Assembly: GCA_964016885.1 (NCBI GenBank)
Contig: OZ024746.1
Coordinates: 2,294,001-2,358,000, forward strand
DNA: 64,000 nucleotides
Direction of reading: 5' to 3'
Origin: Eledone cirrhosa
Taxonomy: Eukaryota
This document shows positions 1 to 12,638 of the stretch, piece after piece; position 1 is the stretch's first letter; every line of letters begins with the position of its first letter. The notes below the pieces were generated by a model that was given only the letters and a program-made list of their open reading frames with translations, had not been told where the DNA came from and ran no database searches. Position numbers and translations under genes: made by a program.

Positions 1-190
1 GTAATTCAAGGGAGGTGTAAACTCCAGAGATATAAGAGGGCTTGAGTTTAGAACTGGCAACTAATGAAACATTTATCAATTTTCTAATACTGATGTTACT
101 TAATGTGTCAAATTATGTTACATTGTTATTTCTATATATTGTTGAATAGACTGAGCTGTTGAGAGTTAAGTGTCATAGCTATAGGCTGGC

Positions 191-3100
191 TGTGGTGCTG
201 GTAGCAAGAGGTTGTGGTGCTGGTAGCAAGAGGTTGTGGTGCTGGTAACAAGAGGTTGTGGTGCTGGTAGCAAGAGGTTGTGGTGCTGGTAGCAAGAGGT
301 TGTGGTGCTGGTAGCAAGAGGTTGTGGTGCTGGTAGCAAGAGGTTGTGGTGCTGGTAACAAGAGGTTGTGGTGCTGGTAACAAGAGGTTGTGGTGCTGGT
401 AGCAAGAGGTTGTGGTGCTGGTAGCAAGAGGTTGTGGTGCTGGTAGCAAGAGGTTGTGGTGCTGGTAACAAGAGGTTGTGGTGCTGGTAGTAAGAGGTTG
501 TGGTGCTGGTAGCAAGAGGTTGTGGTGCTGGTAACAAGAGGTTGTGGTGCTGGTAACAAGAGGTTGTGGTGCTGGTAATAAGAGGTTGTGGTGCTGGTAG
601 TAAGAGGTTGTGGTGCTGGTAGCAAGAGGTTGTGGTGCTGGTAACAAGAGGTTGTGGTGCTGGTAGTAAGAGGTTGTGGTGCTGGTAGTAAGAGGCTGTG
701 GTGCTGGTAGCAAGAGGTTGTGGTGCTGGTAGCAAGAGGTTGTGGTGCTGGTAACAAGAGGTTGTGGTGCTGGTAGTAAGAGGTTGTGGTGCTGGTAGTA
801 AGAGGTTGTGGTGCTGGTAGCAAGAGGTTGTGGTGCTGGTAACAAGAGGTTGTGGTGCTGGTAGTAAGAGGTTGTGGTGCTGGTAACAAGAGGTTGTGGT
901 GCTGGTAACAAGAGGTTGTGGTGCTGGTAACAAGAGGTTGTGGTGCTGGTAACAAGAGGTTGTGGTGCTGGTAACAAGAGGTTGTGGTGCTGGTAGCAAG
1001 AGGTTGTGGTGCTGGTAACAAGAGGTTGTGGTGCTGGTAGTAAGAGGTTGTGGTGCTGGTAACAAGAGGTTGTGGTGCTGGTAACAAGAGGTTGTGGTGC
1101 TGGTAACAAGAGGTTGTGGTGCTGGTAGCAAGAGATTGTGGTGCTGGTAACAAAAGGTTGTGGTGCTGGTAGTAAGAGGTTGTGGTGCTGGTAACAAGAG
1201 GTTGTGGTGCTGGTAGTAAGAGGTTGTGGTGCTGGTAACAAGAGGTTGTGGTGCTGGTAGTAAGAGGTTGTGGTGCTGGTAGCAAGAGGTTGTGGTGCTG
1301 GTAACAAGAGGTTGTGGTGCTGGTAGTAAGAGGTTGTGGTGCTGGTAACAAGAGGTTGTGGTGCTCGTAGTAAGAGGTTGTGGTGCTGGTAGTAAGAGGT
1401 TGTGGTGCTGGTAGCAAGAGGTTGTGGTGGTGGTAACAAGAGGTTGTGGTGCTGGTAACAAGAGGTTGTGGTGCTGGTAGCAAGAGGTTGTGGTGCTGGT
1501 AGCAAGAGGTTGTGGTGCTGGTAGTAAGAGGTTGTGGTGCTGGTAGTAAGAGGTTGTGGTGCTGGTAACAAGAGGTTGTGGTGCTGGTAGTAAGAGGTTG
1601 TGGTGCTGGTAGTAAGAGGTTGTGGTGCTGGTAGTAAGAGGTTGTGGTGCTGGTAACAAGAGGTTGTGGTGCTGGTAACAAGAGGTTGTGGTGCTGGTAA
1701 CAAGAGGTTGTGGTGCTGGTAACAAGAGGTTGTGGTGCTGGTAGCAAGAGGTTGTGGTGCTGGTAACAAGAGGTTGTGGTGCTGGTAGCAAGAGGTTGTG
1801 GTGCTGGTAACAAGAGGTTGTGGTGCTGGTACCAAGAGGTTGTGGTGCTGGTAACAAGAGGTTGTAGTGCTGGTAGCAAGAGGTTGTGGTGCTGGTAGCA
1901 AGAGGTTGTGGTGCTGGTAGTAAGAGGTTGTGGTGCTGGTAGTAAGAGGTTGTGGTGCTGGTAGTAAGAGGTTGTGGTGCTGGTAGTAAGAGGTTGTGGT
2001 GCTGGTAGTAAGAGGTTGTGGTGCTGGTAACAAGAGGTTGTGGTGCTGGTAACAAGAGGTTGTGGTGCTGGTAACAAGAGGTTGTGGTGCTGGTAGTAAG
2101 AGGTTGTGGTGCTGGTAGTAAGAGTTTGTGGTGCTGGTAACAAGAGGTTGTGGTGCTGGTAACAAGAGGTTGTGGTGCTGGTAACAAGAGGTTGTGGTGC
2201 TGGTAACAAGAGGTTGTGGTGCTGGTAACAAGAGGTTGTGGTGCTGGTAGCAAGAGGTTGTGGTGCTGGTAGCAAGAGGTTGTGGTGCTGGTAGTAAGAG
2301 GTTGTGGTGCTGGTAACAAGAGGTTGTGGTGCTGGTAACAAGAGGTTGTGGTGCTGGTAGTAAGAGGTTGTGGTGCTGGTAGTAAGAGGTTGTGGTGCTG
2401 GTAACAAGAGGTTGTGGTGCTGGTAACAAGAGGTTGTGGTGCTGGTAACAAGAGGTTGTGGTGCTGGTAGCAAGAGGTTGTGGTGCTGGTAGCAAGAGGT
2501 TGTGGTGCTGGTAGTAAGAGGTTGTGGTGCTGGTAGTAAGAGGTTGTGGTGCTGGTAGCAAGAGGTTGTGGTGCTGGTAGCAAGAGGTTGTGGTGCTGGT
2601 AGTAAGAGGTTGTGGTGCTGGTAACAAGAGGTTGTGGTGCTGGTAGCAAGAGGTTGTGGTGCTGGTAGTAAGAGGTTGTGGTGCTGGTAACAAGAGGTTG
2701 TGGTGCTGGTAGTAAGAGGTTGTGGTGCTGGTAACAAGAGGTTGTGGTGCTGGTAACAAGAGGTTGTGGTGCTGGTAGTAAGAGGTTGTGGTGCTGGTAG
2801 TAAGAGGTTGTGGTGCTGGTAACAAGAGGTTGTGGTGCTGGTAACAAGAGGTTGTGGTGCTGGTAACAAGAGGTTGTGGTGCTGGTAACAAGAGGTTGTG
2901 GTGCTGGTAGTAAGAGGTTGTGGTGCTGGTAACAAGAGGTTGCGGTGCTGGTAGAAAGAGGTTGTGGTGCTGGTAACAAGAGGTTGTGGTGCTGGTAACA
3001 AGAGGTTGTGGTGCTGGTAGTAAGAGGTTGTGGTGCTGGTAGTAAGAGGTTGTGGTGCTGGTAACAAGAGGTTGTGGTGCTGGTAGAAAGAGGTTGTGGT

Positions 3101-5471
3101 GCTGGTAACAAGAGGTTGTGGTGCTGGTAACAAGAGGTTGTGGTGCTGGTAGTAAGAGGTTGTGGTGCTGGTAGTAAGAGGTTGTGGTGCTGGTAGTAAG
3201 AGGTTGTGGTGCTGGTAACAAGAGGTTGTGGTGCTGGTAACAAGAGGTTGTGGTGCTGGTAACAAGAGGTTGTGGTGCTGGTAGTAAGAGGTTGTGGTGC
3301 TGGTAGTAAGAGGTTGTGGTGCTGGTAGCAAGAGGTTGTGGTGCTGGTAACAAGAGGTTGTGGTGCTGGTAACAAGAGGTTGTGGTGCTGGTAACAAGAG
3401 GTTGTGGTGCTGGTAACAAGAGGTTGTGGTGCTGGTAACAAGAGGTTGTGGTGCTGGTAGCAAGAGGTTGTGGTGCTGGTAGCAAGAGGTTGTGGTGCTG
3501 GTAACAAGAGGTTGTGGTGCTGGTAACAAGAGGTTGTGGTGCTGGTAGTAAGATGTTGTGGTGCTGGTAGCAAGAGGTTGTGGTGCTGGTAACAAGAGGT
3601 TGTGGTGCTGGTAGTAAGAGGTTGTGGTGCTGGTAACAAGAGGTTGTGGTGCTGGTAGTAAGAGGTTGTGGTGCTGGTAGTAAGAGGTTGTGGTGCTGGT
3701 AGCAAGAGGTTGTGGTGCTGGTAGTAAGAGGTTGTGGTGCTGGTAACAAGAGGTTGTGGTGCTGGTAGTAAGAGGTTGTGGTGCTGGTAGTAAGAGGTTG
3801 TGGTGCTGGTAACAAGAGGTTGTGGTGCTGGTAGTAAGAGGTTGTGGTGCTGGTAGCAAGAGGTTGTGGTGCTGGTAGCAAGAGGTTGTGGTGCTGGTAG
3901 TAAGAGGTTGTGGTGCTGGTAGCAAGAGGTTGTGGTGCTGGTAGTAAGAGGTTGTGGTGCTGGTAGTAAGAGGTTGTGGTGCTGGTAACAAGAGGTTGTG
4001 GTGCTGGTAACAAGAGGTTGTGGTGCTGGTAGTAAGAGGTTGTGGTGCTGGTAGTAAGAGGTTGTGGTGCTGGTAGTAAGAGGTTGTGGTGCTGGTAGTA
4101 AGAGGTTGTGGTGCTGGTAACAAGAGGTTGTGGTGCTGGTAACAAGAGGTTGTGGTGCTGGTAGTAAGAGGTTGTGGTGCTGGTAGTAAGAGGTTGTGGT
4201 GCTGGTAACAAGAGGTTGTGGTGCTGGTAGTAAGAGGTTGTGGTGCTGGTAGTAAGAGGTTGTGGTGCTGGTAGCAAGAGGTTGTGGTGCTGGTAACAAG
4301 AGGTTGTGGTGCTGGTAACAAGAGGTTGTGGTGCTGGTAGCAAGAGGTTGTGGTGCTGGTAGTAAGAGGTTGTGGTGCTGGTAACAAGAGGTTGTGGTGC
4401 TGGTAACAAGAGGTTGTGGTGCTGGTAACAAGAGGTTGTGGTGCTGGTAGCAAGAGGTTGTGGTGCTGGTAACAAGAGGTTGTGGTGCTGGTAACAAGAG
4501 GTTGTGGTGCTGGTAGTAAGAGGTTGTGGTGCTGGTAGTAAGAGGTTGTGGTGCTGGTAACAAGAGGTTGTGGTGCTGGTAGTAAGAGGTTGTGGTGCTG
4601 GTAGTAAGAGGTTGTGGTGCTGGTAGTAAGAGGTTGTGGTGCTGGTAGTAAGAGGTTGTGGTGCTGGTAACAAGACGTTGTGGTGCTGGTAACAAGAGGT
4701 TGTGGTGCTGGTAGTAAGAGGTTGTGGTGCTGGTAGTAAGAGGTTGTGGTGCTGGTAGTAAGAGGTTGTGGTGCTGGTAACAAGAGGTTGTGGTGCTGGT
4801 AGCAAGAGGTTGTGGTGCTGGTAACAAGAGGTTGTGGTGCTGGTAGCAAGAGGTTGTGGTGCTGGTAACAAGAGGTTGTGGTGCTGGTAGCAAGAGGTTG
4901 TGGTGCTGGTAACAAGAGGTTGTGGTGCTGGTAGTAAGAGGTTGTGGTGCTGGTAACAAGAGGTTGTGGTGCTGGTAACAAGAGGTTGTGGTGCTGGTAG
5001 TAAGAGGTTGTGGTGCTGGTAGTAAGAGGTTGTGGTGCTGGTAGTAAGAGGTTGTGGTGCTGGTAGTAAGAGGTTGTGGTGCTGGTAGTAAGAGGCTGTG
5101 GTGCTGGTAGCAAGAGGTTGTGGTGCTGGTAGCAAGAGGTTGTGGTGCTGGTAGCAAGAGGTTGTGGTGCTGGTAGCAAGAGGTTGTGGTGCTGGTAGTA
5201 AGAGGTTGTGGTGCTGGTAGCAAGAGGTTGTGGTGCTGGTAGTAAGAGGTTGTGGTGCTGGTAGTAAGAGGTTGTGGTGCTGGTAACAAGAGGTTGTGGT
5301 GCTGGTAGTAAGAGGTTGTGGTGCTGGTAGTAAGAGGTTGTGGTGCTGGTAGTAAGAGGTTGTGGTGCTGGTAACAAGAGGTTGTGGTGCTGGTAACAAG
5401 AGGTTGTGGTGCTGGTAGCAAGAGGTTGTGGTGCTGGTAACAAGAGGTTGTGGTGCTGGTAACAAGAGGTT
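191..5471. repeat. 22-bp minisatellite array (~240 units), consensus TGTGGTGCTGGTA[AC/GC/GT]AAGAGGT
   Basis: Uninterrupted 22-bp periodicity with three dominant variants at two adjacent positions. Confidence 0.99.
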
Positions 5472-6782
5472 CTCTAGTAATCCAATCAGTTTGATTATTT
5501 ATACTCTATAGTAACAAGGTGTATATATTAAAATGTGATTTCACAAAATGCCAAAGTTGAATACAGAAGCAGAATGATATGGATAAATGATAAAAGAAAA
5601 TATCATAAAGCAAAGGTTTAAATATATAAAAGGGAGTCAAGTAAGAGCCAGTGGATATTCAATGCTAAGTTATACAAATTATTTGAGCAAAACTTAACTG
5701 AAAAACTGGCAGATTATCAAAGAAATTATCTAAAGTATGCAGGAGAAAGAGCTTTGATGGTATCAATATCTAATACAAACAAATGATGTATGCCGAGTAA
5801 AAACATTGCTGTTAGTGGTGTTTAAAAGGAAAAGTAGACCAAGGAAGGCTTTGAAAGGCATAAAAAGAATGGGTCTCACAAATAAACTGACATAGCATTA
5901 AAACAAATGGAACTATCTTATATTATAGAACTTGTCACACATGCTATGATAGGTATACTGAATAGGTATACAGTATACAGTTTGGCCTCCATTCCAGAAC
6001 AGACTAAAGGCATAACCTATCTAGAAGTAAAAGATCTTTGGGCTGCTTTTAAATGTTTGATTGAAAATCTTTGTGCTGTAAGTATATACGTAATCCAGAA
6101 AACCCACCTCTATGTTTAACCCAATGATAAAGGTAAACAGTATTTATCCTATGTACCACAATAATGTTTTGGCATCACTGGCTTAGGATGACCACAGCCT
6201 TGTTGAGCAAGAAGAAGAAAAAGAAGAAGAAAAAGAAAAAGAAAAAGAAAAAGAAAAAGAAGAAGAAGAAAATTGTGATAAATTTAGTCAGTTGCTTGAC
6301 TTTCAATGGATATTCAGCCTTATTGATATCTTCCCAGAAAGTTAACCATCATCACCACTACTGCCACCACCATTGTTACTGCTGACGTACTCTTAAGTCA
6401 GCATATTTAATGCATGAAACATTACCAAAAAGCTAAAGTATAATAAAATATGTGATGAGAATAAAACAATATTAGTTAATGGCTGGTATCATTTTTTTTT
6501 CCATTTCTCTACAATTTCAGAAATATTTCTACATTTTTTTTAAAGCATCGTCATCAGAAGTTTATCGTTAATGTAATTTTCTGAAGTAATAGCAAATAAA
6601 CCACTGAATAAATGTTCAGAAATGTTAGCATAGAAAAGTAAAATTTGTATAGTTCTGAGATGCCATCTGCATCATAAGTAAACAAGAGGGTGTCAGCACA
6701 TTTTTTGATGCATCAAGTATTAAAAAGTTTAGAATGTAGAATGAACTATGCAATGATAAAAAAAATACTGTTGGTCAATGAC

Positions 6783-6900
6783 TCATCATCATCACCGCTT
6801 TATGTCTGTTCTTCCACGCTAACATGGGTTAGACGGGTTGTCCTGTTGTAGTCAGTGTCCGGTCGGCTGACCTTGTCTTGCTCCTACTGGAACTGATAAC
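6783..6900 (-). mobile_element. 3' fragment of RTE-tailed SINE ((ATG)n tail family)
   Basis: catcatcatcaccgctttatgtctgttcttccacgctaacatgggttagacgggttgtcctgttg closely matches the copy at 48262-48360. Confidence 0.75.
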
Positions 6901-7504
6901 AACATTTTTTGTTTTCATTTTTCAAGCAAGCTCAGGAGACAACTTCACACACGTCTCTTCTGTCTTGTTTTGATATCACAAATATAGTGCCAAAATAATA
7001 TGGAATAAATTGCTATTTAATAAACGTACAGTGACATATATTTATTGGGTGTAAAAAATGAAAAGAAAAAAAACTTTAGTTTTTAGAAATAATTTGACTA
7101 ATGTTTGTAGTGCCACTACTAAAAATATTTCTACCTCAGAGTGGAATAGTTAGCAATATGAGTTTTGGTAGTTCTAGTTTGAATTTCTTTAGCAATAGTA
7201 ATTTATAAACAAAAATGAAACAGTGATCATATAAGCCATATTTGATCATTACTAAACAGGTTATGTGTTGCCCTTGAACCACTGGCAATGAGAAAACAGC
7301 CACGTAGTCATTGGAGATGAGAGAAATATAGTAATCTTCTTTATAGGAAAGACTATCATATAAATGGCCTTGGTCTCTCTGTCTGCAATAATTGTCCAAT
7401 TGTTTATGAATTGAGGTTTCAGTCTTCTAACAATTCCTCCATCTGTTTCTGCATGGCTTACTACATCCATTCATCCCTCACTTTAGCTGTCTGTATGTCT
7501 GCCT

Positions 7505-8000
7505 ATCTGTCTGTCTGTTGGTGTCCTCAGGCCCACCCACCTGTCCACCCAGCCGTCTGTCTGTCAGTCTGTCTGTCTGTTGGTGTCCTCAGGCCCACCC
7601 ACCTGTCCACCCAGCCGTCTGTCTGTCAGTCTATCTGTCTGTCTGTTGGTGTCCTCAGGCCCACCCACCTGTCCACCCAGCCGTCTATCTGTCAGTCTGT
7701 CTGTCTGTTGGTGTCCTCAGGCCCACCCACCTGTCCACCCAGCCGTCTGTCTGTCTGTCTGTTGGTGTCCTCAGGCCCACCCACCTGTCCACCCAGCCGT
7801 CTGTCTGTCAGTCTGTCTGTCTGTTGGTGTCCTCAGGCCCACCCACCTGTCCACCCAGCCGTCTATCTATCTGTCTGTCTGTCTGTTGGTGTCCTCAGGC
7901 CCACCCACCTGTCCACCCAGCCGTCTATCTGTCAGTCTGTCTGTCTGTTGGTGTCCTCAGGCCCACCCACCTGTCCACCCAGCCGTCTATCTATCTGTCT
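7505..8000. repeat. Compound minisatellite, 8 units of ~54-66 bp (constant core plus variable (CTGT/CTAT)n)
   Basis: Core GTTGGTGTCCTCAGGCCCACCCACCTGTCCACCCAGCCGTCT occurs 8 times, separated by tetranucleotide runs of variable length. Confidence 0.97.
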
Positions 8001-8564
8001 GGTGTTTTGAAGAAATTGTCAGGATCCAGTAGAGAAAACAGTACTCAATACAGAAGTAAAGATTCAATATTCATTTTATTAAAGCTAAAGTGTGAGTTTT
8101 GTAACGCTGGAGTTTCACCAGTTTATCACAGGGTCATTAGACAGCAACACACACACACACACACCCACACATATATGAAATGAAAATGGTATATAAATGC
8201 TGAAAAATATTTCTCTTGATAATACTAAAATATTTCATGTGTAAATGATTTTTAGAGAACTGACTGAAAATAAATATAAAAATATGATCGATTGCAGAAT
8301 ATTGATAAATAAAATATTTTATATTTAAATCTCTTCAGAACTATAAAATAGAAGCTATACTCACACACACTCTCTCTCTCTTATATATATATATGTATAT
8401 ATATATACATATATAGATAGGTGACCACATGTACTCTATATGTTAGTAGAGTATAGGCGTCTTTATTTTATGAAATCATCGGGATGATTTCATAGGAGTG
8501 AAACAGTTCTAGTCCTGTAGAAGTCATAAGTCATTTATTTATTAAAAAAAAATATATATATCTT

Positions 8565-9140
8565 TAGGTGGGTGTCCACCAGGGCTCTGATCTTACTCTC
8601 TCCTATTTATTATTGTCCTGCAGTCTATAACAGAGCAGCTTAAGACTGGCTGCCCATGGGAGCTCTAACCCTTATAGCTTCCAAATCTGGAAGCATGGCC
8701 TAGAATCAAAGGGACTTAAAGTCAACCTGACAAAGACTAAAGTCTTAGTAAGTAGAAGGGAAAACAGGGCCCTGATCCCCTCAGGAAAATGGCCTTATTC
8801 AGTGTGCAGGAAAGGAGTAGGTAGAAATTCCATCTTCTGTCTCTAATGCAAAGATGCTGTAGGATTTCTGGTAGGTTAGCTAAGAACATAGGTTTTACAA
8901 GTGGCCATTGCACAGGAGCAGTATGCAGCAAACACACAGAGGAAACAAGCTCTATCAAACTCTTGGAGGATTCTATAGAAGCAGTAGACAGCTTCTGCTA
9001 CCTGGGTGACCAAATCTGAAATGGAGGTAGGTGTTCTGAAAGTACAGTAGCCAGAGTGAGAATGAGATGGAAAAAGTTCAGGGAGCTACTATGACTGCTA
9101 GCTACTAAAAGTTTTTCGCTCCAAACAAAAGGCAGATTAA
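8565..9140 (+). mobile_element. Decayed RTE-clade LINE, RT/C-terminal fragment
   Basis: Translation across frameshifts gives VGVHQGS..LFIIVLQ..GCPWEL, GLESKGLKVNLTKTKVL, CRKGVGRNSIFC, AVDSFCYLGDQI and RWKKFRELL. Homologous to 44906-45632. Confidence 0.85.
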
Positions 9141-10369
9141 TTAAAATTAATTATTTCATTATAAGATAGTAACTTAATGTAAGGTTTTTATATAAAATTA
9201 TGTTGAAAGATTTTAATTTAAAATGGAAACCTTTGAAATGAGTGTCTTTATTTCATAGAACTTGAGCTGGTTTTGGCTGGGTTGGTAACTAAAGGGTTAA
9301 AAGTGATGGATAAATTAGATAATGTAGTCAAAGATATTTCTGAGATGACAGGAAACTGGTTGGAATGTCTTTCATTGTAGACATGCTTGGTTATATGCTG
9401 ATCTAGAATTTCCTTTGCAATATATATATAACAAGCTCAGTAAAATTGAAAACTGGGAAGTTGTCATTGATGCTTTTTACAAAAGAACTGTAATATATTA
9501 CGAATGCAAAATATTGCCAATACTTTGTGAACAGTATCAATTTGACAATTTCCTTATTTTAAATTTTACCGAGGTTTTTGCATATATTAGAAAAGAAAAG
9601 AAACAACCTAACAGATAACTGAATCTCTTCAATTTCGAAGGAAGAGAAATTCAATCATCTTTACCTTATTATAAAGAAGTTCAAATAACAAATAATGTAA
9701 AAAGAGGAAATAAAAGCATCTTATGGTAGCAGAATGATTTTTATCTATTACAATTTAATCTTTGGAGATTTTTCTGAAATTTTAAGAACGTCATATAAAC
9801 TCTAAATACAACAACATTAACAAAATGAATATGGCAATTAGATTAAAATTATTTACTATTTTATATTTTTTCTTAGTTATTATCACCTTTTTATAACAAG
9901 TAAAGATCATAAGAGTGATACTCTTACTGATGATAACATCATCTCTGGATATAAAATTCTGCCAAATACAAGTTTTAGCAATCATTAACTGCTTTTCATT
10001 TATTACTAGGGTGCTGTATTTCAGCATTGATTTTTGGTTTATATTTTGTTACCAATAAAACCTCCTTTGCTAATCTTTTATATATTTTTGTGGAATTATA
10101 TTTAAGGTGGAATTCATCTACCATCTTCTACACTTTTGTTATCATCCTCAACATCTCTGTCACTATCAATAGTTCTCACACCCCTCCTCTCTTTATAAAC
10201 CCACTGACTCACATTTTTATCTCACCTTTTCTTTCTCTCAACCTCACATTAAAACTGCTATTCCATTCTTACCAATTTTTTTCAAATTTGAACAACTAAA
10301 AATAACACAGCAGAGACTGAAATGATAGCTAGTTATGAAGAAAAAGAAAAACAACAGAAATTGTGAAAA

Positions 10370-11235
10370 GGCAAAAATATAAGTTAAAATATGGTTACAA
10401 AATGCCATGATAAAATAATGGCAAGTAAAGACTCTACATAGCTAATGCCTGAAAAGCTAAACAGCATGGAAGTAGATAAGGAAAATTTGCAACATTGGAT
10501 AAAAAGTGTAGGACTTAAAGCTGAGACAAGGATTTTTGAGTGTAACACAAGAAACTATTTAAGGTACACAATAAAATAAAATGGAATACAATAAGTAATC
10601 GCAGAATATGTATAGATGGGGAAGAAACAATTAACTACATTGGCTGACAGGGTAAGGTTTTACATATGGTGGAAGTTACATCAGCGTTATGAAATGTCAA
10701 AAGAAAAGAGGTAATATAAGTATACATCAGGAAAGGTCTCATAAAATGATAATGCAATACTCTGGGATAGGCTAATATACACAGACAAGGAGATCAATGC
10801 TAATTGACTAGATATTGCAGTCAAACACTTCCAGGAAAAGAAATGCCTTTTAATTGATGTATCAGTCCCAACAGATGTATTTTTCAAAGAAATGAAGAAA
10901 CTATCTGAATATAAAGATCTGGAAATAGAGATAACCCCAAATAGGGTTCTGAAAACAGAAACAATCCCTATAATAATTGGTGTTTTGTGTCTGATAAAAA
11001 CATCAAAACAAAAACAAATACATAAACTTAACTCTAGGACTTACAAATATGCACAACATACAGAAAATAGCATAACTAAACACTGCACACATATAATATA
11101 GAGTATTTTTAATACAATAGAAACCACAACATCAAAACGAAACACTGCACATATCAAAGGCACATAGAGCTGTGCTCAGTACTCCAGTGATAGTTATAAC
11201 AAAAATAAGATTACTAAGTAACAACAACAATAATG
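10370..11235 (+). mobile_element. Decayed R4/Dong-clade non-LTR retrotransposon, 3' part with restriction-like endonuclease
   Basis: Remnants GLKAET, RIC.DGEETIN, ILWDRLIYTDKEINAN*LDIAVK..KKCLLIDVSVP and KKLSEYKDLEIEI..TIPIIIG. Ends in an (AAC/AAT)n tail. Confidence 0.8.
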
Positions 11236-11454
11236 TATAATGTAGAAAATGATTTGTTTTAAAAAAGCTAAGACAATGTGAAATGGATGGTAAAATTTAG
11301 TTTAAATGTTTGTATTACTTGGTGTTTATTATTCTATTTTTTTTTCTGTCCTAATATTTTGGGTCTTAAAAATCCCTTCCTCAGAGTGCGAGGAACTCTC
11401 AGAGTAAAATGTGCTGGTCTTGTTTCTTTGATATTTGTATTAAATTTAAACTTT

Positions 11455-11662
11455 AAAGTTAAAGAACGCCTCAACATACGTGCATCCTCATTAAAAAAAT
11501 ACATTGACAAATGCAAAAAACACCAACAAAATTATAACAGTCAGTATTGAAACCAGAGAGAGAAATGTGAGTAGTTTGAGAATAAAGGAAGTACTGTTTA
11601 TATGCAAGCTCCATCCACAGATCAACAAGAGGTTAAAACTCAGCACACAATTCTTGACATAA
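11455..11662 (+). mobile_element. Penelope-like element remnant (GIY-YIG endonuclease C-terminus)
   Basis: Frameshifted VKERLN..SSLKKYIDKC followed by ETRERNVSSLRIKEVLFICKLHPQINKR, the R-x-x-E...P-x-x-N pattern of PLE GIY-YIG domains. Confidence 0.55.
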
Positions 11663-12638
11663 AAGGTCACACACAGTCTAAACACAACAATTAACACAAG
11701 CAATTTATTTCAATTTGATTCTATATATGGCAATTGATGTCATCTTCCTGCTTCCTGTGGATACCACAGCAAACATCAAAACAATGCTTGATGGTAATTT
11801 TTAAATTTAAAATGTAAAACAAATATCAAAGTGACAAAATTGGATGTGATGAGTTGATCCCAGAACTCTAAAGCTCATGGAGGAGACAAAAGAACAATTG
11901 GAGAGATGTTCTATTGAGAAGAAACCATCCAACCCATGCAAGCATCGAACAATGGACATAAGATGATGATGATTATAATGATGATTATAATGATGTTGGT
12001 GATGATGAAAGTACAAACACAGTGATCAGTAACAGTTTTGATCAATTATTAAGAACTATAAAATATCATGAGCTCCTCTGATAAATTGGAAATAGATTTT
12101 CTACATTGCTATTTCACTGTACAATACATTAAGGATATAAGCCTATAGTGTATTGTCTGTGTACCTGTTTCTTTCTATCCCAGCCATATCTCTGAAACCA
12201 GATTGACTTCAGCTGCCAATGTCTTAATATTAAAAAAAACAACAACAGCAACAAAATCTCACACACATTAAATAGTCAATTACACCTTACACAAAGAAGG
12301 CAGATCACCATTATTTCAAAGTAATTTATATTACAAAAAAGTCATTAAATAGACATAATGTACTTTACAAAGTTGTCAATTCTATTATTATTATTATAAA
12401 ATTATCATCACCACCATCTTTCTTATTGTCTCATTGTTGTTATTATTATTATTACTGTTGTTATTTTTTATGGGAGCTATAAAATAGAAGGTTATCTTCT
12501 GAAGAGCAGCTGATAATTACCATTGTCATCTCAACATTGACAGATATTTTAAAAGAAGAGGAAACAATGTTAACCCTCTCATAGAGTTCTATAAAGCATT
12601 AAGTAAGAGATAAAGCGACCTTATCAATGGAGGTTATA

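Noticed and set aside
132-5465. Three ~1750-aa minus-strand ORFs
   Set aside because: The 22-bp unit has no stop codon on the minus strand, so all three frames give the same repeating peptide. No evidence of coding.
7136-12225. Further candidate minus-strand exons (~7136-7382, 9887-10013, ~12165-12222)
   Set aside because: Splice-like signals and open frames exist, but there is no recognisable domain or unambiguous phase chain. They cannot be separated from noise without RNA-seq.
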